Part shown: positions 63,495 to 64,000 of the stretch, in pieces
How the letters are laid out: every line of letters begins with the position of its first letter
Numbering within the stretch: position 1 is the stretch's first letter
Source: Carcharhinus amblyrhynchos
Taxonomy: Eukaryota
Direction: 5' to 3'
Length of the DNA stretch: 64,000 nt
Assembly: GCA_965287045.1 (NCBI GenBank)
Contig: OZ336884.1
Coordinates: 41,292,001-41,356,000, forward strand
Position numbers and translations under genes: made by a program
Notes under the pieces: generated by a model
What the model saw: only the letters and a program-made list of their open reading frames with translations
Told to the model about the DNA's origin: nothing
Databases searched by the model: none

Positions 63495-64000
63495 AAAAAA
63501 AACCATGATCATTGTAGCTGTGACAGCTTCAGTGTTTCTCAGCTCACAGCCTCAGTTTGTTTTTCTTATTGTTGCCAGGCTGTCTATGAGTGTCTTTTTA
63601 TTGCTGCTTAAATTTTTTTTTTTCAATTTTTACTGGGATGTTTATGACTCTGCATTGTTAGTAGAAAAACTGGCCGGCAGGTCAGGTGATAGGAGTTTTT
63701 TTTCTTTTTAATTTGGAGCTGCAGGTTTGAGTTTTAGAAGGGGCATCAAGCTAAAAACAGTCTCTGTCTCTCTGATTTTGGAAATTCTGTGGGTTAGTTG
63801 TAGCAAGGTCTTGCCTTTTTGAAGGAGGGAAATAGGCAGCTGATGGCTTTCCAGAGTCCCTGGTGTTTAGAAGTTGTTCTGACTTCAAACTGTTCTGAGT
63901 CTATCCAGAAAACTGTAGACTTCATCTAAAGGTTTCAAGTCCAATATCACATGAGCATGAGTCTTTGCTGTGTTAAACCTGTGAAAAGGGCTTTTTGTCT
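63495..64000. mobile_element. Possible LTR-like repeat running off the window end
   Basis: Composition and motifs (cagtctctgtctctctg, aaacctgtgaaaagg) suggest a retroviral/Gypsy LTR. No termini confirmed. Confidence 0.25.

Noticed and set aside
14100-64000. EPHA6 exon 2 (expected short exon, roughly VLLDT...ELGW..YP.NG)
   Set aside because: No matching minus-strand exon found by eye. EPHA6 introns are very long, so it is probably outside the window, though a manual scan could miss it.

Overview
Repeat-dense vertebrate intronic DNA, almost certainly from a shark (HE1-type V-SINEs, SacSINE1-type DeuSINEs, HER1/CR1 LINEs). The only host-gene sequence I can support is one large minus-strand exon (13315-13978, 664 bp, AG/GT-bounded) encoding the ephrin-binding domain and start of the Cys-rich region of EphA6. 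The whole window is therefore most likely EPHA6 intron 2 and intron 3. The rest is transposable elements: CR1 LINEs (two young, one with an uninterrupted ~500-aa RT ORF), L2-like LINEs, a Penelope-like 3' end with a minimal hammerhead motif, probable Harbinger Myb/SANT remnants, MITE-like elements and many SINEs. The most unusual feature is a ~310-bp A-tailed interspersed element found three times within 17 kb. It begins with U2 snRNA nt 1-40, carries a second internal U2 stem-loop I and a chain of hairpins, and looks like a U2 snRNA-headed SINE (SINEU-like). Also notable is a young CR1 whose extended 3' UTR contains a V-SINE body and a strong splice acceptor in the host gene's sense orientation. 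Repeat family names are from memory of consensus motifs and repeat boundaries are approximate; no database searches were run.
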